A stretch of DNA of 62,674 nt, counting the filler, from Chiloscyllium plagiosum (Eukaryota): NCBI RefSeq assembly GCF_004010195.1. It is 4 parts of 2 records of this genome, joined end to end, with 100 filler letters (N's around TTAATTAATTAA, not from the genome) between each part and the next. Parts side by side here need not be neighbours in the genome. Positions count along the whole stretch, not along the records: positions 1 to 23,118 come from NC_057711.1; positions 23,219 to 38,250 come from NC_057711.1; 2 more parts are not named here. The stretch is one strand, 5' to 3'. A model generated the notes under the pieces. The model saw only the letters and a program-made list of their open reading frames with translations, was not told the origin of the DNA and did not search any database. The stretch's first letter is position 1; each line of letters opens with the position of its first letter. Shown here one piece after another: positions 12,975-26,069 of this stretch. A program made the position numbers and the translations under genes.

Positions 12975-14700
12975 CATAAAACATTGGTGTAGAAGTAAGG
13001 CCATTCAGCCCATCGAGTCCACTCCACCATTTAATCATGGCCATTGGGCATTTCACCTCCACTAACCAATCCTCTCCCCATAGCCCTTAATTCCTTGCGA
13101 GATCAACAATTTATCAATCTCTGCCTTGAAGACATTTAACGTCCCGGCCTCTAATGCACTCCGTGGCAATGAATTCCACAGGCCCACCACTCTGGCTGAA
13201 GAAATGTCTCAATTCCATTCTAAATTGACCCTCTCGAATTCTAAGGCTGTGCCCATGGGTCCTAGAATCCCCGCCTAACGGAAACACCTTCTCAGCGTCG
13301 ACCCTTTCTAAGCCATGCATTTTCTTGTAAGCTTCTATTAGATCTCCCCTCAACCTTTTAAACTCTAATGAACATAAGCCTCGGATCCTCAGCCATTCAT
13401 CGTATGTTAGGCCTACTGTTCCAGGGATCATCCATGCGAATCTCCGCTGGAGACATGCTCCAGTGCCAGTACATCCTTCCTGAGATGTGCGGCCCAAAAT
13501 TGGACAAAATATTACAAATGGGACCTGACTAGAGCTTTCTAAAGTCTAAGAAGTACATCACTGCTTTTATATTCCAACTCTCTTGAGTTAAATGACATTA
13601 CATTATCTTTCTTAATCATGGACTCAACCCTCAAGTTAACCTTTAGAAAATCCTGGAGTAGCACTCCCTTTGTACTGTGGCTTTATGGGTTTTCTTACCA
13701 TTTAGAAAATAGTCGATACCTGCATTCTTTTTTCTAAAGTGCAAGATCCCGCATTTGCTCACGTTGAATTTCATCAGCCATTTCCTGGACCAGTCACCTA
13801 AACTGTCTAAATCTTTCTACAGCCTCCCTACCTATTCAGTACTACCTGCCTGTTCACCTAACTTCGCCAGAATGCCCCCAGTCTCTTCAACCAGATCATT
13901 AATATATAAAGTGAATAGCTGCGGCCCCAACACTGAACCCTGCAGGACACCACTTGTCACTAGCTGCCATTCCAACAAAGAACCTTTTAACCCAACTCTC
14001 TGCCTTCTATCAGACAGCCAATCCTCAATTCATGCCAATAGCTCACCCCGAAACACCATGGGGCCTCACCTTACTCAGCAGCCTCCCATGAGGTACCTTA
14101 TCAAAGGCCTTTTGGAAGTCTACATAGATAACATCCACTGGGTTTCCCTGGTCTAACCTACTTGTTACCTCTTCAAAGAAATCTGACAGGTTTGTCAGCA
14201 CGACCTCCCCGTAGATTTAACTTCATTCCTAACTAACGAGGCATCCCCGCCTCCCTGTCTTGGATGTTTAACTGCTAGTCCTGAACCCCCTGCAACCATG
14301 TCTCTGTGATGCCTACCACATCATAATCGTTCATGATGATTGTTCCATTAATTCATCTACCTTATTATGAATACCATGAGCATTCAGGTAAAACGCCTGA
14401 ATGCTAATTTTCTTATCCTCATTATTTCCAACATCTCTAGTAATATGTCCTAAGTTATCCTTCCTTTTTGCTTCATTTCTCATCTGCACACGCTAACCTG
14501 CTGCTTATCTTCATACCTGACTCTACACTCCGTCGCTTTCCCTCCCTCTAACCCCCCCCCCCCAACTTGTTTAAAGTCCTAGTGACGACCCTATTTATCC
14601 TTTTCGCTAGAACACTGGTTCTTGATCAGTTTAGGTGGACACCATCCCATGAGTACAGATCCTGCCCAGTTCCAAAACTGATGCCAATTTTCCATAAAAT
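12975..14700 (-). mobile_element. CR1 LINE (distinct subfamily), internally deleted
   Basis: ORF 13114-13497 QRRFAWMIPG...LRGDLIEAYK; upstream RT motifs on the minus strand. Confidence 0.88.
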
Positions 14701-15429
14701 GGGACATAACTCCCACCTCAGTCACTGGACTCAAAGCCCTACAGATATGGAGTTTCTCCAGTATTTTCTTTTAGTTCCAGATGTACAATATTTGCATTTC
14801 TTTGCTTTTATTATGAAGGAACAAATCTTTGACTGAATTCAGAACCAGGCAATTGAAGAGAGAATTTGGAAACTACAAAGAAAAATAAAAAAGCTGAAGC
14901 TAGCTCATTTAGCAATTTAAAATCTGATATTTTGTTTTTGCTATTGCAAAATATTTATGGAATGGAGGCAGAATATACAGAAGTTAGGATAGAGATCAGA
15001 TCAACCATGATCTCATTGAAGGGTAGCAGAAAACACTCAATGGTCTGATGGACAACTTACAATCCTATGTTCCAAATGACCCTGGTAATATCACGAGACC
15101 AGCACTGGTTGAAGAACTTCTTATATCCAACACCCTCCCAGCACTACACTAAAACCCAGCGTCTCTTCAAAGCAAATATCCCTGCTGACTTGGGATACAA
15201 GTCAATAATTAAATTATACCTTCCTTTTAAAACAATCTTAAAACCTCAAGAACTCAAAAAAATCAAAACTATACACCTTTATTCTTTCTATATTTGATAT
15301 CATACTTTGTTCTTGGTGCGAATGCTAACATAATTCTGTTTCTTTCAGGTAAGATAGCCTTGCAAATGGCTCCTTTTAATTATTTTTCATTATTATAGTT
15401 ACATTTAAGAAGGATTTTTTAGAAATTCA

Positions 15430-15830
15430 GAAATTAAGGCTAACTTTCTGGGACATTGCTTTGAATCCTGCCATGATAAATGGTAAAATTTAAACTTTAA
15501 AAACTAATACTGGTCATGAAATCATTCCCAATTACTGTTAAACCAATTGGTTCACTAACATGCTTTAGGGAAGGAAAACCTACCGTTCTCACATGGACTA
15601 ACTACCAAGTAACTCCATACCTGTGTGCTTGATTCTTGACTTCCACCAAATGGTCTGAGTTAAAAGGTGTAGTGCTGGAAAAGCACAGATTAGGCAGCAT
15701 CTGAGGAACAGGAGAATCGACTTTGCAGGCATAAAACCTTCATTAGGGATGTCTGAGCAAACTACTCAGTTGTACTGATGTTGCAAGGCTATGGCAATTA
15801 AAAATGGGCATACATCTGCACCCATGAATC
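15430..15830 (+). mobile_element. Family 2-related SINE with a Penelope family-A arm inserted at 15660-15750
   Basis: GGTTCACTAA...TTTAGGGAAGGAAA core; insert flanked by GTCTGAG at 15653-15659 and 15751-15757. Confidence 0.7.
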
Positions 15831-16311
15831 TATTTAAAAAGGTAAAAATATTTATTGCAACTCAGTAAGGGAGCTGATGCTACCTCCTCGTCATAGAAAA
15901 AGCAAATAACTTTTGCTTCTGCATCAATAAAGGCAGACCTGGAAGGAAAGCAATTCCTCTTCTAAACAGTCGATATATTGTACATTCACAACCATCATTT
16001 TTTCCTTTTCTGCCACCTTTTCCTATATCTCCCCACTTGTGAATTCACCCGGTCAAGTGTCTCATTGCTATTAAAGGTCACTGACAACAGCTAACTTGGT
16101 GGCAAATGTATAAAAAGATGAAAAGAAATTTCTTCTCTCAAAGGGTTATGAATCTGTGGATTATAGTGAATGCTGGAACACTGAATAATGGAGGAGATAG
16201 ATTTAAAATTAGTAATGGGTTAAAGAGTTATGGGGAACGGACAAAGTGGAGTTGAGGCAGAGATGTGATCAGGCAGGGCAGTCTCTAGGAGCTGAATTGC
16301 CTACTTCTATC

Positions 16312-16626
16312 CTATAGGATCATAGAATCTCCACAGTGTGGAAGTAGGCCATTCCTCCCATCAAGTCCACACCTACCCTCCAAACAGCATCCCAATCAGA
16401 CCCATCCCCCTACTCTATCCCTGCAGCTTTACATTTCACATGGCTAATCTACCTAGCCTGCACATTCCTGGACACTATGGGTAATTTAGCATGGCCAAGC
16501 CAACTAACCCACACAGGAAACCAGAGCACCTGTAGGAAACCATGCAGACATGGGGAGAATGTGCAAACTCCACACAGTTGCACACAATTGAACCCTAGTG
16601 CTAACCACTGAACCACCATGCTGCCC
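16312..16626 (-). mobile_element. HE1-type SINE
   Basis: A box, V-domain and tail as in 2512-2853. Confidence 0.85.
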
Positions 16627-19284
16627 ATTTTGACAACTTGCAGCCACAGGATCTCTTGGTTCGACTTCCTGGATGTAGAGGTCATGCTCAAGTTGTCTAT
16701 TTTGAATTTTTAAAAAAGATTGCTGCTCAAAATTGAATGCAGTCAGCAGGTTCAGATGATGCTGCACCTTACTAATAAATGATACAGATGTTTCCAAAAA
16801 CCTCAACAATCTGAGACCAGGTTCTATCACATTATTTGCTGCCTCTAAGTTTACCTTGCATGCCGCACCCCACAACTGGCACATTTCAGATTTAGTGACA
16901 ATATGCAATATTAGCTCAGAATTATATTTACACTTACAGTATGAAAGCAGTTAGGCTTCAGAAATCCAACATGGCCTAATTAATAAAGGATAGTCATTTG
17001 AAGCTTTTTAAAAGAAACTTAAGATAGTCAAAAAGAGGGAAGGTTACTTGTAGAGATTTTTGTAAAACATTCAAGTTTTGAACAAGCAACATGAATAAAA
17101 CATTGAATAGAATTGCAAGCAACATTATTTAGATAGAGGATTTGTTGGGTAGCAGGGAATAGATGTATATATTCAAGCAAGAATAGTGCCCCAACCATCT
17201 TTAGTGTAGTCATTTATTGACTCTTCTTTCTAAATGACTGAGTATAATATGTCTTGCTAATAACATTGATAAAAGGTAGGTACAATAAAATTGCAGATGA
17301 GAGCAATAATGCGTCAAAAAGGCTAGACAGTAGACAAAACTAGACCATAAGCACAAATATTAAAACAGGTACAACACTTGGAAAGGTTAATGAAACATAG
17401 GGCTGTATCCAAAAAAATTGCATCATGAGAGCAGATTGCATATGGGCATTATATTGAAATTATGAAGGCATTGAATAGGCTATGTAGAGAGATTAATCTG
17501 TCTGGTGAGACCAGAAAAAGGTAGCACAACCCTAAAGTTTGAGCTATTATCTGTAGCTTTTCCCATTTGTACTTCTGGATATCATACTTCTCACTCCTTT
17601 CCAATGCCAAAAAAAATATCCAAATCCCTTCGCTCTTTCCTCATAACTCAACACTAGGTAGTGTCATTTTTCTCTGCACTACATATCTGCAGCTTCAAAT
17701 TCCCCATGTTACTTTAGAAGTGGGATATTGTACTGCAAGTACAATTATGTCAATGTTCATAAGTACAAAGAGATAGCAACATAGATAATGGTAGTTGGGA
17801 GTGGGAGTGGAGAAGGAACAAAGATTAAGATTTAGGTAGCCAATATAATTCCAAACAAAAGATTACCAAGGCATGTGCGATAGCAAACATTACTCCTGAA
17901 ATTAAATCAGTGGCCAATTTAAAAACTTTCCTCTTGGGCCTGATCAACACCTTATTATGGGATATTATAAAATGTCTACACATATTGACCTAAACACCTG
18001 TAAATTTACTAGCCTACATATCATTCTCGATACAAGCAAATAAAACTTACAATTTGTTTTACCCTTCAGAAAAGTGTGGAAAGCAATCCAGAAAATAATC
18101 AATGAACTGTTTTATTTTACAAATAGCAAGTGAATGTAAGAGCTGTTATAACTACTTAATTCAGTCTTCAAAGTTTATTGTCGCAAAAGAAATTAAGTGA
18201 TCGCTTCTTCACACTAATAGCTACGTATCTTTGATCAAAATAATTTCTAGTTACTATCTAGCATCCAAACTTCTTCAGGTTGATGTAGCATGACCATTGT
18301 TTATGACCATTCAACTCCTGTGTGCTGGTCTCTCAAATGTTTGCATCTCTTCACAGCAGGCCCATCCCAATCAATTACTAACAACACTGGAAATTTCCAA
18401 CAAAATGGCTGTAATGTTTCATCAATTACTGACCACCTTCAATCTTTGGAAATTGATTCATTGAGCTCATTTGCATTGTAATTAGCTCATTAAATTAAAA
18501 ACACGAACATATTTCCATAAAATCTCATTTAAATATAACCATTGCAAAACTTTGCTCAGGAGTAAAGAAAAATCAAAAATATTGACATAGGACACCCTTA
18601 AAAATTTGATTACACCTAGTGCACCTTTTACATCTTCATTTTGTTTCTTCCCATATATATGATGCTGAAGAATTTAAATGGAAGCCACTTTCACATCTTA
18701 AGTTGAGAAAACTTGTTTAGCTTTGCAACAGTAACTTCAAGATAATTAAAAGCAGTGCTGTTGTAATGAAATTTCACTGTAACAAGACATTCTAATTCCA
18801 TTTTTCCCAAAACATAACCGGCATTTTGCAAATCCTTCAACTGTAATATTACATCACTATACATTAGATCATTCCAGTACATGAGAATTCACATTCATGG
18901 AACGTGAGACAAATGTCAAAAAGGAACAGTCCAGAGCCTGTAAATTTATTAAATTTGAAGCAAGAGAACTCTGATATTACAATTATAAGCATAAAGAACA
19001 AAATCTTAAGGTTAACAATTTATCTATCTTCATGTGTGGATGTTTTAGGAAATGAAAATCATCCAAACTTCTTTGACATGCAAATAAGATTAGCATATTT
19101 AACAATTTATTAATTCAGAAATTTTGGTCCGACTATCTACATGAAACATTTCCATACCAAAAGACATTATCTGAATATCGACTTTACATCAGAAAGTACA
19201 AAGGAAGGAAGTAATAATCACTTTCTTCAACACCACTTCTTAATGTAATAAAGCAACACACACTGAAAGTGATCAGTTTTCTCA

Positions 19285-19290
19285 TTTATT
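19285..19290 (-). promoter_or_regulatory. Candidate poly(A) signal of the YTHDC1 3' UTR
   Basis: AATAAA on the minus strand ~690 nt after the stop codon, with UGUA just upstream; further AATAAA near 18110-18180. Confidence 0.5.
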
Positions 19291-19980
19291 TTGTACAAAA
19301 GTTTAGCAGTTAAAGGTAATGTAACAATTTTCTACCATAAACTTACAGTAAATCTATCAGGCCACTGCGTGCTTTTTTAATTTTGGGAGAAAAATAATGA
19401 ACTTTAGCATTGATTAAATGCTATTAAGCAAGGGATTTCTTCAGTTAAAAAAGTTAAAACTGGATTGTAATAGTGTCTGAATATTGCTTTCATCATTAAC
19501 AATGAAAAATGTTGAAATCTAAATGGAGTTTAAAAAAAAAGTTACTTGCTACAACATAACAAGGTCACACAATCAGCCCATTATACTTAACTTGCATACT
19601 TATTAGCAGCAATATTTTCCTCATTAATCCATGTGCAACTACATACAACAAAGTCTACGCCAAGTGCAGATTTGTTCCTCACAGCTTTCAACTGAATAGA
19701 GGGCAAATATTTTTGATTAGACACTAACATTCACAGATGACAATAAATCATCAGAAAACCACACCCCTCCCCCGAAACATCCCTCTACAAAAATCTGTGC
19801 TTCTGGGTTCAAAATTCAGTTGATATAGTCTCACATGCATGAAAGCAATAGATGTACAAGGGTCATAAGTTCCAATATGTAATTTAACTTAAAAAAATAA
19901 AAATAAAAAAGGAACAGTTCTAAACACCTTTCTGCTACTGTAAACACAATAAAATGGGCAGTGCTTCTTCAACCAATGAG

Positions 19981-20196
19981 TTATCTCCTGTATCTTCCTC
20001 GTTCTTTGTCTCTTTCTCTTTCTCTCATCCTTTCCCTTTCTCGCTCACGTTCCCTGCCTCGATCACGTTCCCTGTCGCGACGGCTATCTCGAGGTCTTTC
20101 TCGTTCTCTCTCTCTTTCCCGGGGTCTACTTCGACGATTGGTGACAACTGCCTGAGTGCGACGAAGGAAGTCGTCCACTCTCATGTCATAATCATG
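19981..20196 (-). CDS. YTHDC1: YTH domain-containing protein 1 (m6A reader), terminal coding exon, RD/RE/RS-rich tail
   Basis: Acceptor tctaattcattccgatag followed by [29 protein letters not shown]...RGRYRR*, matching the vertebrate YTHDC1 C-terminus ([29 protein letters not shown]...RGRYRR); 216 nt, phase 0; AT-rich repeat-free UTR follows. Confidence 0.93.
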   Translation of the reverse strand, partial: HDYDMRVDDFLRRTQAVVTNRRSRPRERERERERPRDSRRDRERDRGRERERERERMRERERDKERGRYRR

Positions 20197-21029
20197 CTAT
20201 CGGAATGAATTAGAATGGTAAATACTTCCGATTCGTAAGGTATCACAGCTGTAACATGTCTGATTATAATCTCTTATAGTCCAAACATTGTTGGCATTCA
20301 AATATACATTGCAATGATGTTTGTATTTATACTCCAGCAAATACGTACATAGTAAAGGTGGCAATGCACTTTACTTTCCACCCCAAACACTCTAGTTAGG
20401 TCAATCAGATCCACAGAGATCAAGTATGAGGCACAGTTTACTAAAAACTAGATTATAATAACACTATGATAAATCTCCCTAGAGTTTTTAATATCACATC
20501 ATAACGTTAAACAATGTCTGGAGTCACATCAACAAATATTTTGACTGACTAAACCTAATTTGTAAAAAGTACACTAGCTTCAAGTAGTAATATATAAACA
20601 TTCAATGTTTCCCCACATTTTTCCACAAATCTTATGGTTTTTAAAAACAAAGTAAATGCCCAAATTTCCAAATTGACAGTGATTGAATTCAATGAGCTTA
20701 AACCCATTCTTTTTTCACCTCCACTCATTTATTAAGTGCTGCTCTGAAATGGATCTGTCATTCTTTGAGGTAATGGTGATCGCATTAAGAACTTTAGCAC
20801 CTAAGCAGGCAGCACAAACTGCAGGAATTAGAACCACAGACAGTTAACTTCTTTATAAGTAGTTTCAAAAAGATTGTTGTATCTGGTATTGAAGTATCAA
20901 TGAGTTAATGCAAAACCAAGGGAGGCCTTTTGCATGGTCAAACACATAGCTTCAAATCTTGCTATAGAACTATGCTCTCTAATTCGGGCTTAAGCAAATA
21001 TTGACAAAATCCAGATGACGTGTATTATG

Positions 21030-21720
21030 TAGGGAGTTAGCGATATCACAGTACAACGCATTGGAAGTGGAAACACTGGTAGTAAACTTCTAGGAACCCT
21101 TACATTCTGGAAAAGTCCTAGAAGATTGGAAAATTGATTATATTGCCTATGTAATAGCTTCAATTAAAAAGGAAAGCACACAAAAATCAGGCACCTATAG
21201 ACAGATAGCTTAACTATTCTTGGGAAAATATTAGCTTCTATTATAAAGGCTGTAATAGCACAGCATTTAAAAAATACACTACATAATCAGGCAGTCAGGA
21301 TGGCATCATTAAGGGGAAATCATACTAGGTGAATTTACTAGAATTCTTTGACGTGGTAACAGGCAAGATTGATAAAATGGAAGCAGTGAATGTAAAATAC
21401 TTAAGAGCCCATGGTGCTGGGAGGTAGTACAATAGCATGGATAGAGAATTGGCAAACAAATACAGTCAGTTCTGTATAACACTGTTTATTTAACATGACT
21501 GAAGAACCCTTTTTTTTTTAAGACGTAGAACGCGAAATTTCCTTACCTGTACTGGCTATAATGCGATTCTGGCCCCATTATTTAAATGGCATGGCTATTG
21601 CGCGATTTTCTTACAACATGAGATCGCACAAGAATAAACCTATCACATTAAATCACAACTGACTGTAGAAAAGAGAGTCGGGATAAGTGGGTCAATTTTG
21701 TGGGCAAGGTTGACTAATTG
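21030..21720 (+). mobile_element. Old CR1 RT fragment interrupted by a MITE
   Basis: Decayed VPEDWK and NLLEFFD motifs; the sequence resumes across the MITE. Confidence 0.7.
21463..21665. mobile_element. Tc1/mariner-pogo-type MITE
   Basis: TA|CAGTCAGTT...AACTGACTG|TA: terminal inverted repeats with a TA duplication, inserted cleanly into CR1. Confidence 0.8.
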
Positions 21721-21726
21721 GTTCCT

Positions 21727-22060
21727 AGATTAGATTAGATTACATTACAGCGTGGAAACAGGCCCTTCGGCCCAACAAGTCCACACCGACCCACCGAAGC
21801 GCAACCCACCCATGCCCCTACATTTACCCCTTACCTAACACTACGGGCAATTTAGCATGGCCAATTCACCTGACCTGCACATCTTTGGACTGTAGAGGAA
21901 ACCGGAGTACCCGGAGGAAACCCACGCAGACACGGGGAGAACGTGCAAACTCCACACAGTCAGTCGCCTGAGGCGGGAATTGAACCCGGGTCTCAGGCGC
22001 TGTGAGGCAGCAGTGCTAACCACTGTGCCACCGTGCCGCCCACTGTGCCACCGTGCCGCC
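21727..22060 (-). mobile_element. Young HE1-type SINE with (TCTAA)n tail and duplicated 5' 20 bp
   Basis: Intact A and B boxes, CpG-rich; CACTGTGCCACCGTGCCGCC at 22021-22040 and 22041-22060. Confidence 0.93.
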
Positions 22061-22074
22061 CATTAACCTAGTCT

Positions 22075-23118
22075 GATTTGCTCCCAGTGCCAAGCTCGAA
22101 TAAGGGGAGGAATAAAAAGATAAAGGAGATAAATCAATGGCTGGTGGGGTGGTGTAATGTTCAGGGATTCAGGTTCTTGGATCATTGGGATCTCTTCTGG
22201 GACAGCAAAGATATGTTCAAAAAGGTTAGGTTTCACTTGAACTGGAAAGGGGCAAATATCTTAGTAGTGAATGGCTAGTTCTACTAAGGGAGACTGAACT
22301 ATTAGAGAGGGAGGTAAGTAGTATCATAAATAGAAAGCTACCATAGGACGGTAATAAATCTGAAAAGAGCAAGCTAATTAGAAAAGTCAGACAAGAGCAA
22401 GTCAGAGAAAGAAGTAACTCTGAAGTATTAAACTGTGTTTATTTCAATGCAAGTGAGTTTACAGGTAAGGCTGATGAATTCAAGGGACGTTTGGGGATAT
22501 GGGATTAGGAAATCATAGCCAGTACAGAAACTTGGCTTAGGGACAGACAGGGCTGGCAACTCAGTGCCCCGGGTTTTAGATGTCCAATGACAGTATATGG
22601 GGTTGAAATTCGATATAAGGAATGACCACTTTGATGGGTTTGTATCAAACCCAATAGTGAGAGAGAAATTGAAGAAAAAAATATTTAGACAGATCTCATT
22701 TATGTGTAAGAATAAAGATTGTAATGATAGGGGATTTTAATTTTCCAAACATTCATTGGGACTACCATAGTGTTAAAGGTTTGAATGGCGAAGAACTTAT
22801 TAAGAGTGTTCAAAAAAATCTTGTTCATCAATACGCAAATGCTCCAACCAGAGAAGGTACAAAACTTGACATTCACTTGGTTAATAAGGCAGGACAAATG
22901 ACTGAGGTGGTAGTATGTTAACACTTCGGGTCTAGTGATCATAATTTGAAAAGTTTTCATGGAAACGGATACACCGTTCATAAAAGTTAAACCTTTTAAC
23001 TGGAGCAAGACAAATTTTAATGGTATAAGACAAGAATTTTCAAAATTTGATTGGAAAACATTGTTCCGAGGTAAAGGGACGTTGGACAAGTGGGACTCTC
23101 AGAAATGGGGGGGGGAAA
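22075..23118 (+). mobile_element. CR1 LINE: ORF1 esterase end plus ORF2 endonuclease, decayed
   Basis: GFRFLDHWDLFW...FHLNWKG; IGDFNFPNIHW, PTREG. Confidence 0.88.
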
Positions 23119-23218
23119 NNNNNNNNNNNNNNNNNNNNNNNNNNNNNNNNNNNNNNNNNNNNTTAATTAATTAANNNNNNNNNNNNNNNNNNNNNNNNNN
23201 NNNNNNNNNNNNNNNNNN
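23119..23218. other. Artificial scaffold spacer (44N-TTAATTAATTAA-44N)
   Basis: Identical 100-bp structure at three places; the core has stop codons in all six frames. Confidence 0.97.
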
Positions 23219-23625
23219 GAGAGGAAGTCGTACGAGGCTAGGTTGAGAGTTCTCGGCCTTTTCTCGTTGGAACGGCGAAGGATGAGGGGTGACTTGATAG
23301 AGGTTTATAAGATGATCAGAGGAATAGGTAGAGTAGACAGTCAGAAACTTTTTCCCCGGGCACAACCGAGTGTTACAAGGGGACATAAATTTACGGTGAA
23401 GGGTGGAAGGTATAGGGGAGATGTCAGGGGTGGGTTCTTTACCCAGAGAGTGGTGGGGGCATGGAATGCGCTGCCTGTGGGAGTGGTAGAGTCAGAATCT
23501 TTGGTGACCTTTAAGCGGCAATTGGACAGGTACATGGATGGGTGCTTAAGCTAGGACAAATGTTCGGCACAACATCGTGGGCCGAAGGGCCTGTTCTGTG
23601 CTGTATTGTTCTATGTTCTATGTTT
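23219..23625 (+). mobile_element. Young CR1 3' end
   Basis: ORF 23243-23554 GLFSLERRRMRGDLIEVYK...FFTQRVV; (TTCTATG)n tail. Confidence 0.92.
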
Positions 23626-23864
23626 TGAGTACATCTCGATCCCTCAGTGCCACAGCATTCTGTAATATCTATCCAATGTTACCTATCAAATTAGATAACT
23701 TCTGTTTTCCACGTTCGGCACAACATCGTGGGCCGAAGGGCCTGTTCTGTGCTGTATTGTTCTATGTTCTATGTTTTGAGTACATCTCGATCCCTCAGTG
23801 CCACAGCATTCTGTAATATCTATCCAATGTTACCTATCAAATTAGATAACTTCATGTTTTCCAC
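23562..23864 (+). repeat. 151-bp direct tandem duplication (CR1 tail plus flank)
   Basis: 23562-23712 is repeated at 23713-23864 with a 1-bp indel. Confidence 0.95.
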
Positions 23865-24844
23865 ATTATATTCTATCTGTCAAATGTTTTCTCATTCACT
23901 TAGACTTGCTGCATATCTCTGCAGAATCCGTCAGCTCATTGCAGCTTGCTTTCTTACCTATGGTTGCACTGCCAAATAAGTGCCTAAAATATCCTTCATC
24001 CAAGACATTAACATGGATTCTAAATGGCAAGGCTCCAGCACTGGCCCCCGTAGAATCCCACTGGTTATGAAGAGGAATCACACTGGATTTGAAACTTTAA
24101 CTTTGTTTCTCTCTCTATAGATGCTGCCAGACATGATGAATTTTTCCAGCAGTTTCTACTTATTTTTTCAGATTTCCAGCATTCTCAGTATTTTGCTTTT
24201 ATCCCATTAGTTTCAGTTTCTCAAGTTGAAAATGATCAATTTATCCAGTACCTGTTTTCTGATAGCTCACTAATCAGTTTATCTATGCCAAAAATTACGG
24301 TGAGCAGAATGGTTACTACACAGAAAGAGGCCAGTTTATCAAACCTATAATCAGTTCTCTGTAGGAACAATTCAACAGCTACCACAGACATACACTTTCC
24401 CCACTGCCTTTTGATTGGTGTTGTCTTCAGGTGGGGGAAGAGTTCTTATCCAATTCCCTGTTGAAAGCTAACTTTGATCTGCCTCCACTAGACTCTCAGG
24501 CAAAGTATTTCACACCATAGTCATTCACTGTCTAAGAACAGTCCATCCTTCGTATTGTCAGTTTTTTTTTGCCAACTACTTCACATCTATGTCCTCTGGC
24601 TCCCAACTCTTCCACCAGTGGAAATATTTCTCCCAATATTCGGTCGAGTAGGAGTAAATTCAACACCAGGAAGACAAGTTAATGTCGATGACAAGGAAAG
24701 ACATGAACACGCCTCACCAACAGGAACAGGTGTAACAACTTCAGAGAAAAGAAAAAGGTTTATCTAAGACTTATTTTGAATGTATTTGAAACTGCCAACT
24801 CTGAATTACTTCACAACAACTTTCATTTAAATAGTACCTTTACT

Positions 24845-26035
24845 GAACTGAATTGAGTTTATTGTCACGTGTACGGAGGCATGGTGAAAAGCTTTGTCTT
24901 GCCAGCGATACAAGCAGATCACATAGTTAAGTAGCATAGATAGTAAATAATAGGTAAACAACGGCAAAAAATAAAAGCACAGGTACAGGCGAATGTTAAG
25001 AGTTTGAGAGTCCATTCAGTATTCTAACAACAGTAGGGTAGAAACTGTTGCACAACCGGCTGGTGCGTGTTCAGGCTTCTGTACCTTCTCCCTGATGATT
25101 TGGAGATGCCGGTGTTGGACTGGGGTGTACAAAAGTTGAAAACCACACAACACCAGGTTATAATTCAACAGGTTTATTTGGAAGCACTAGCTTTCAGAGC
25201 ACTTCTCCTTCATCAGGTGTTTGTGGAGAACCTGATGAAGGAGCAGTGCTCCGAAAGCTAGTGCTTCCAAATAAACCTGTTGGACTATAACCTGGTATTG
25301 TGTGATTTTTTACTTTGCTCTCCTTGATGCTACAGGTTGTAGAAAAACATTGCCAGGATAGGATGGATCTTTAAGAATGCTGTCGGCCTTTCCTTGACAG
25401 CAGGGCTGGTAGATGAATTTTATAGATGGGAGGTTGGCCTTCTGATTGTTCGGGCCGAGTTCACCACTTTCTGTGACCATCTCCGATCCTGAATGGCACA
25501 ATTGCCAAACTAGGTAATGATACAATCCAGAATGCTCTCGATGGCACACCTCTAAAAGTTGGCAAAGGTATTTGCCATCATGCCAAACTTTCTCAGCTGC
25601 CTGAGGAAGAAGAGACATTGTTGGGCCTTTGTAACCAGTGCATCCACATGAAGAGTTCAAGAAAGCTTGTTGTGGATGACCACGCCCAAGAGCCTGACTG
25701 TTCCACCTCTGTGCTGTTAATGTGTAGGGGAGCATGAGTAACATCCTGCCAAAAGTCAATAATGAGTTCCTTGGTTTTGTTGGCATAGAGAGCTAGTTGT
25801 TCTCAGTGCACCACTTTTCCAGGACTTCCGCTTCCTGTCTATAGCCTATTTCATCGCCATCTGAGATTCAACTGACTATGGCGGTGTCATCAATGAACTT
25901 GTAAATGGAATTAGTCTGATATTTGGCAATGCAGTCATGGGTATACAGTGAGTACAGTAGGGGGCTGAGTACACATCCCTGGGGGGCTGCAGTGTTGAGT
26001 GTTAGTGATGATGAAATATTGTCTCCAATCTTCAC
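24845..26035 (-). mobile_element. Rex1/Babar-clade LINE 3' part
   Basis: LNTAAPQGCVLSPLLYSLYTHDC...YKFIDDT; 3' tail ACAATAAACTCAATTCAG. Confidence 0.85.
25096..25312. mobile_element. Penelope family-B fold-back mini-element with hammerhead-like cores
   Basis: ~80-bp inverted arms; CTGATGAAGGAGCAGTGCTCCGAAAGC on the plus strand and its mirror on the minus strand. Confidence 0.8.
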
Positions 26036-26069
26036 TTTAACGTCCCCAATCTTTAATGTAGAAAAGCAC

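Noticed and set aside
21960..22040. tRNA gene (A and B boxes), likewise at 2790-2853 and 53359-53430
   Set aside because: These are SINE heads continuing into the V-domain and tail.
23250..23262. TTCTCGGCCTTTT, a 13-nt match to U2 snRNA
   Set aside because: It is in-frame CR1 coding sequence (VLGLF); coincidental.
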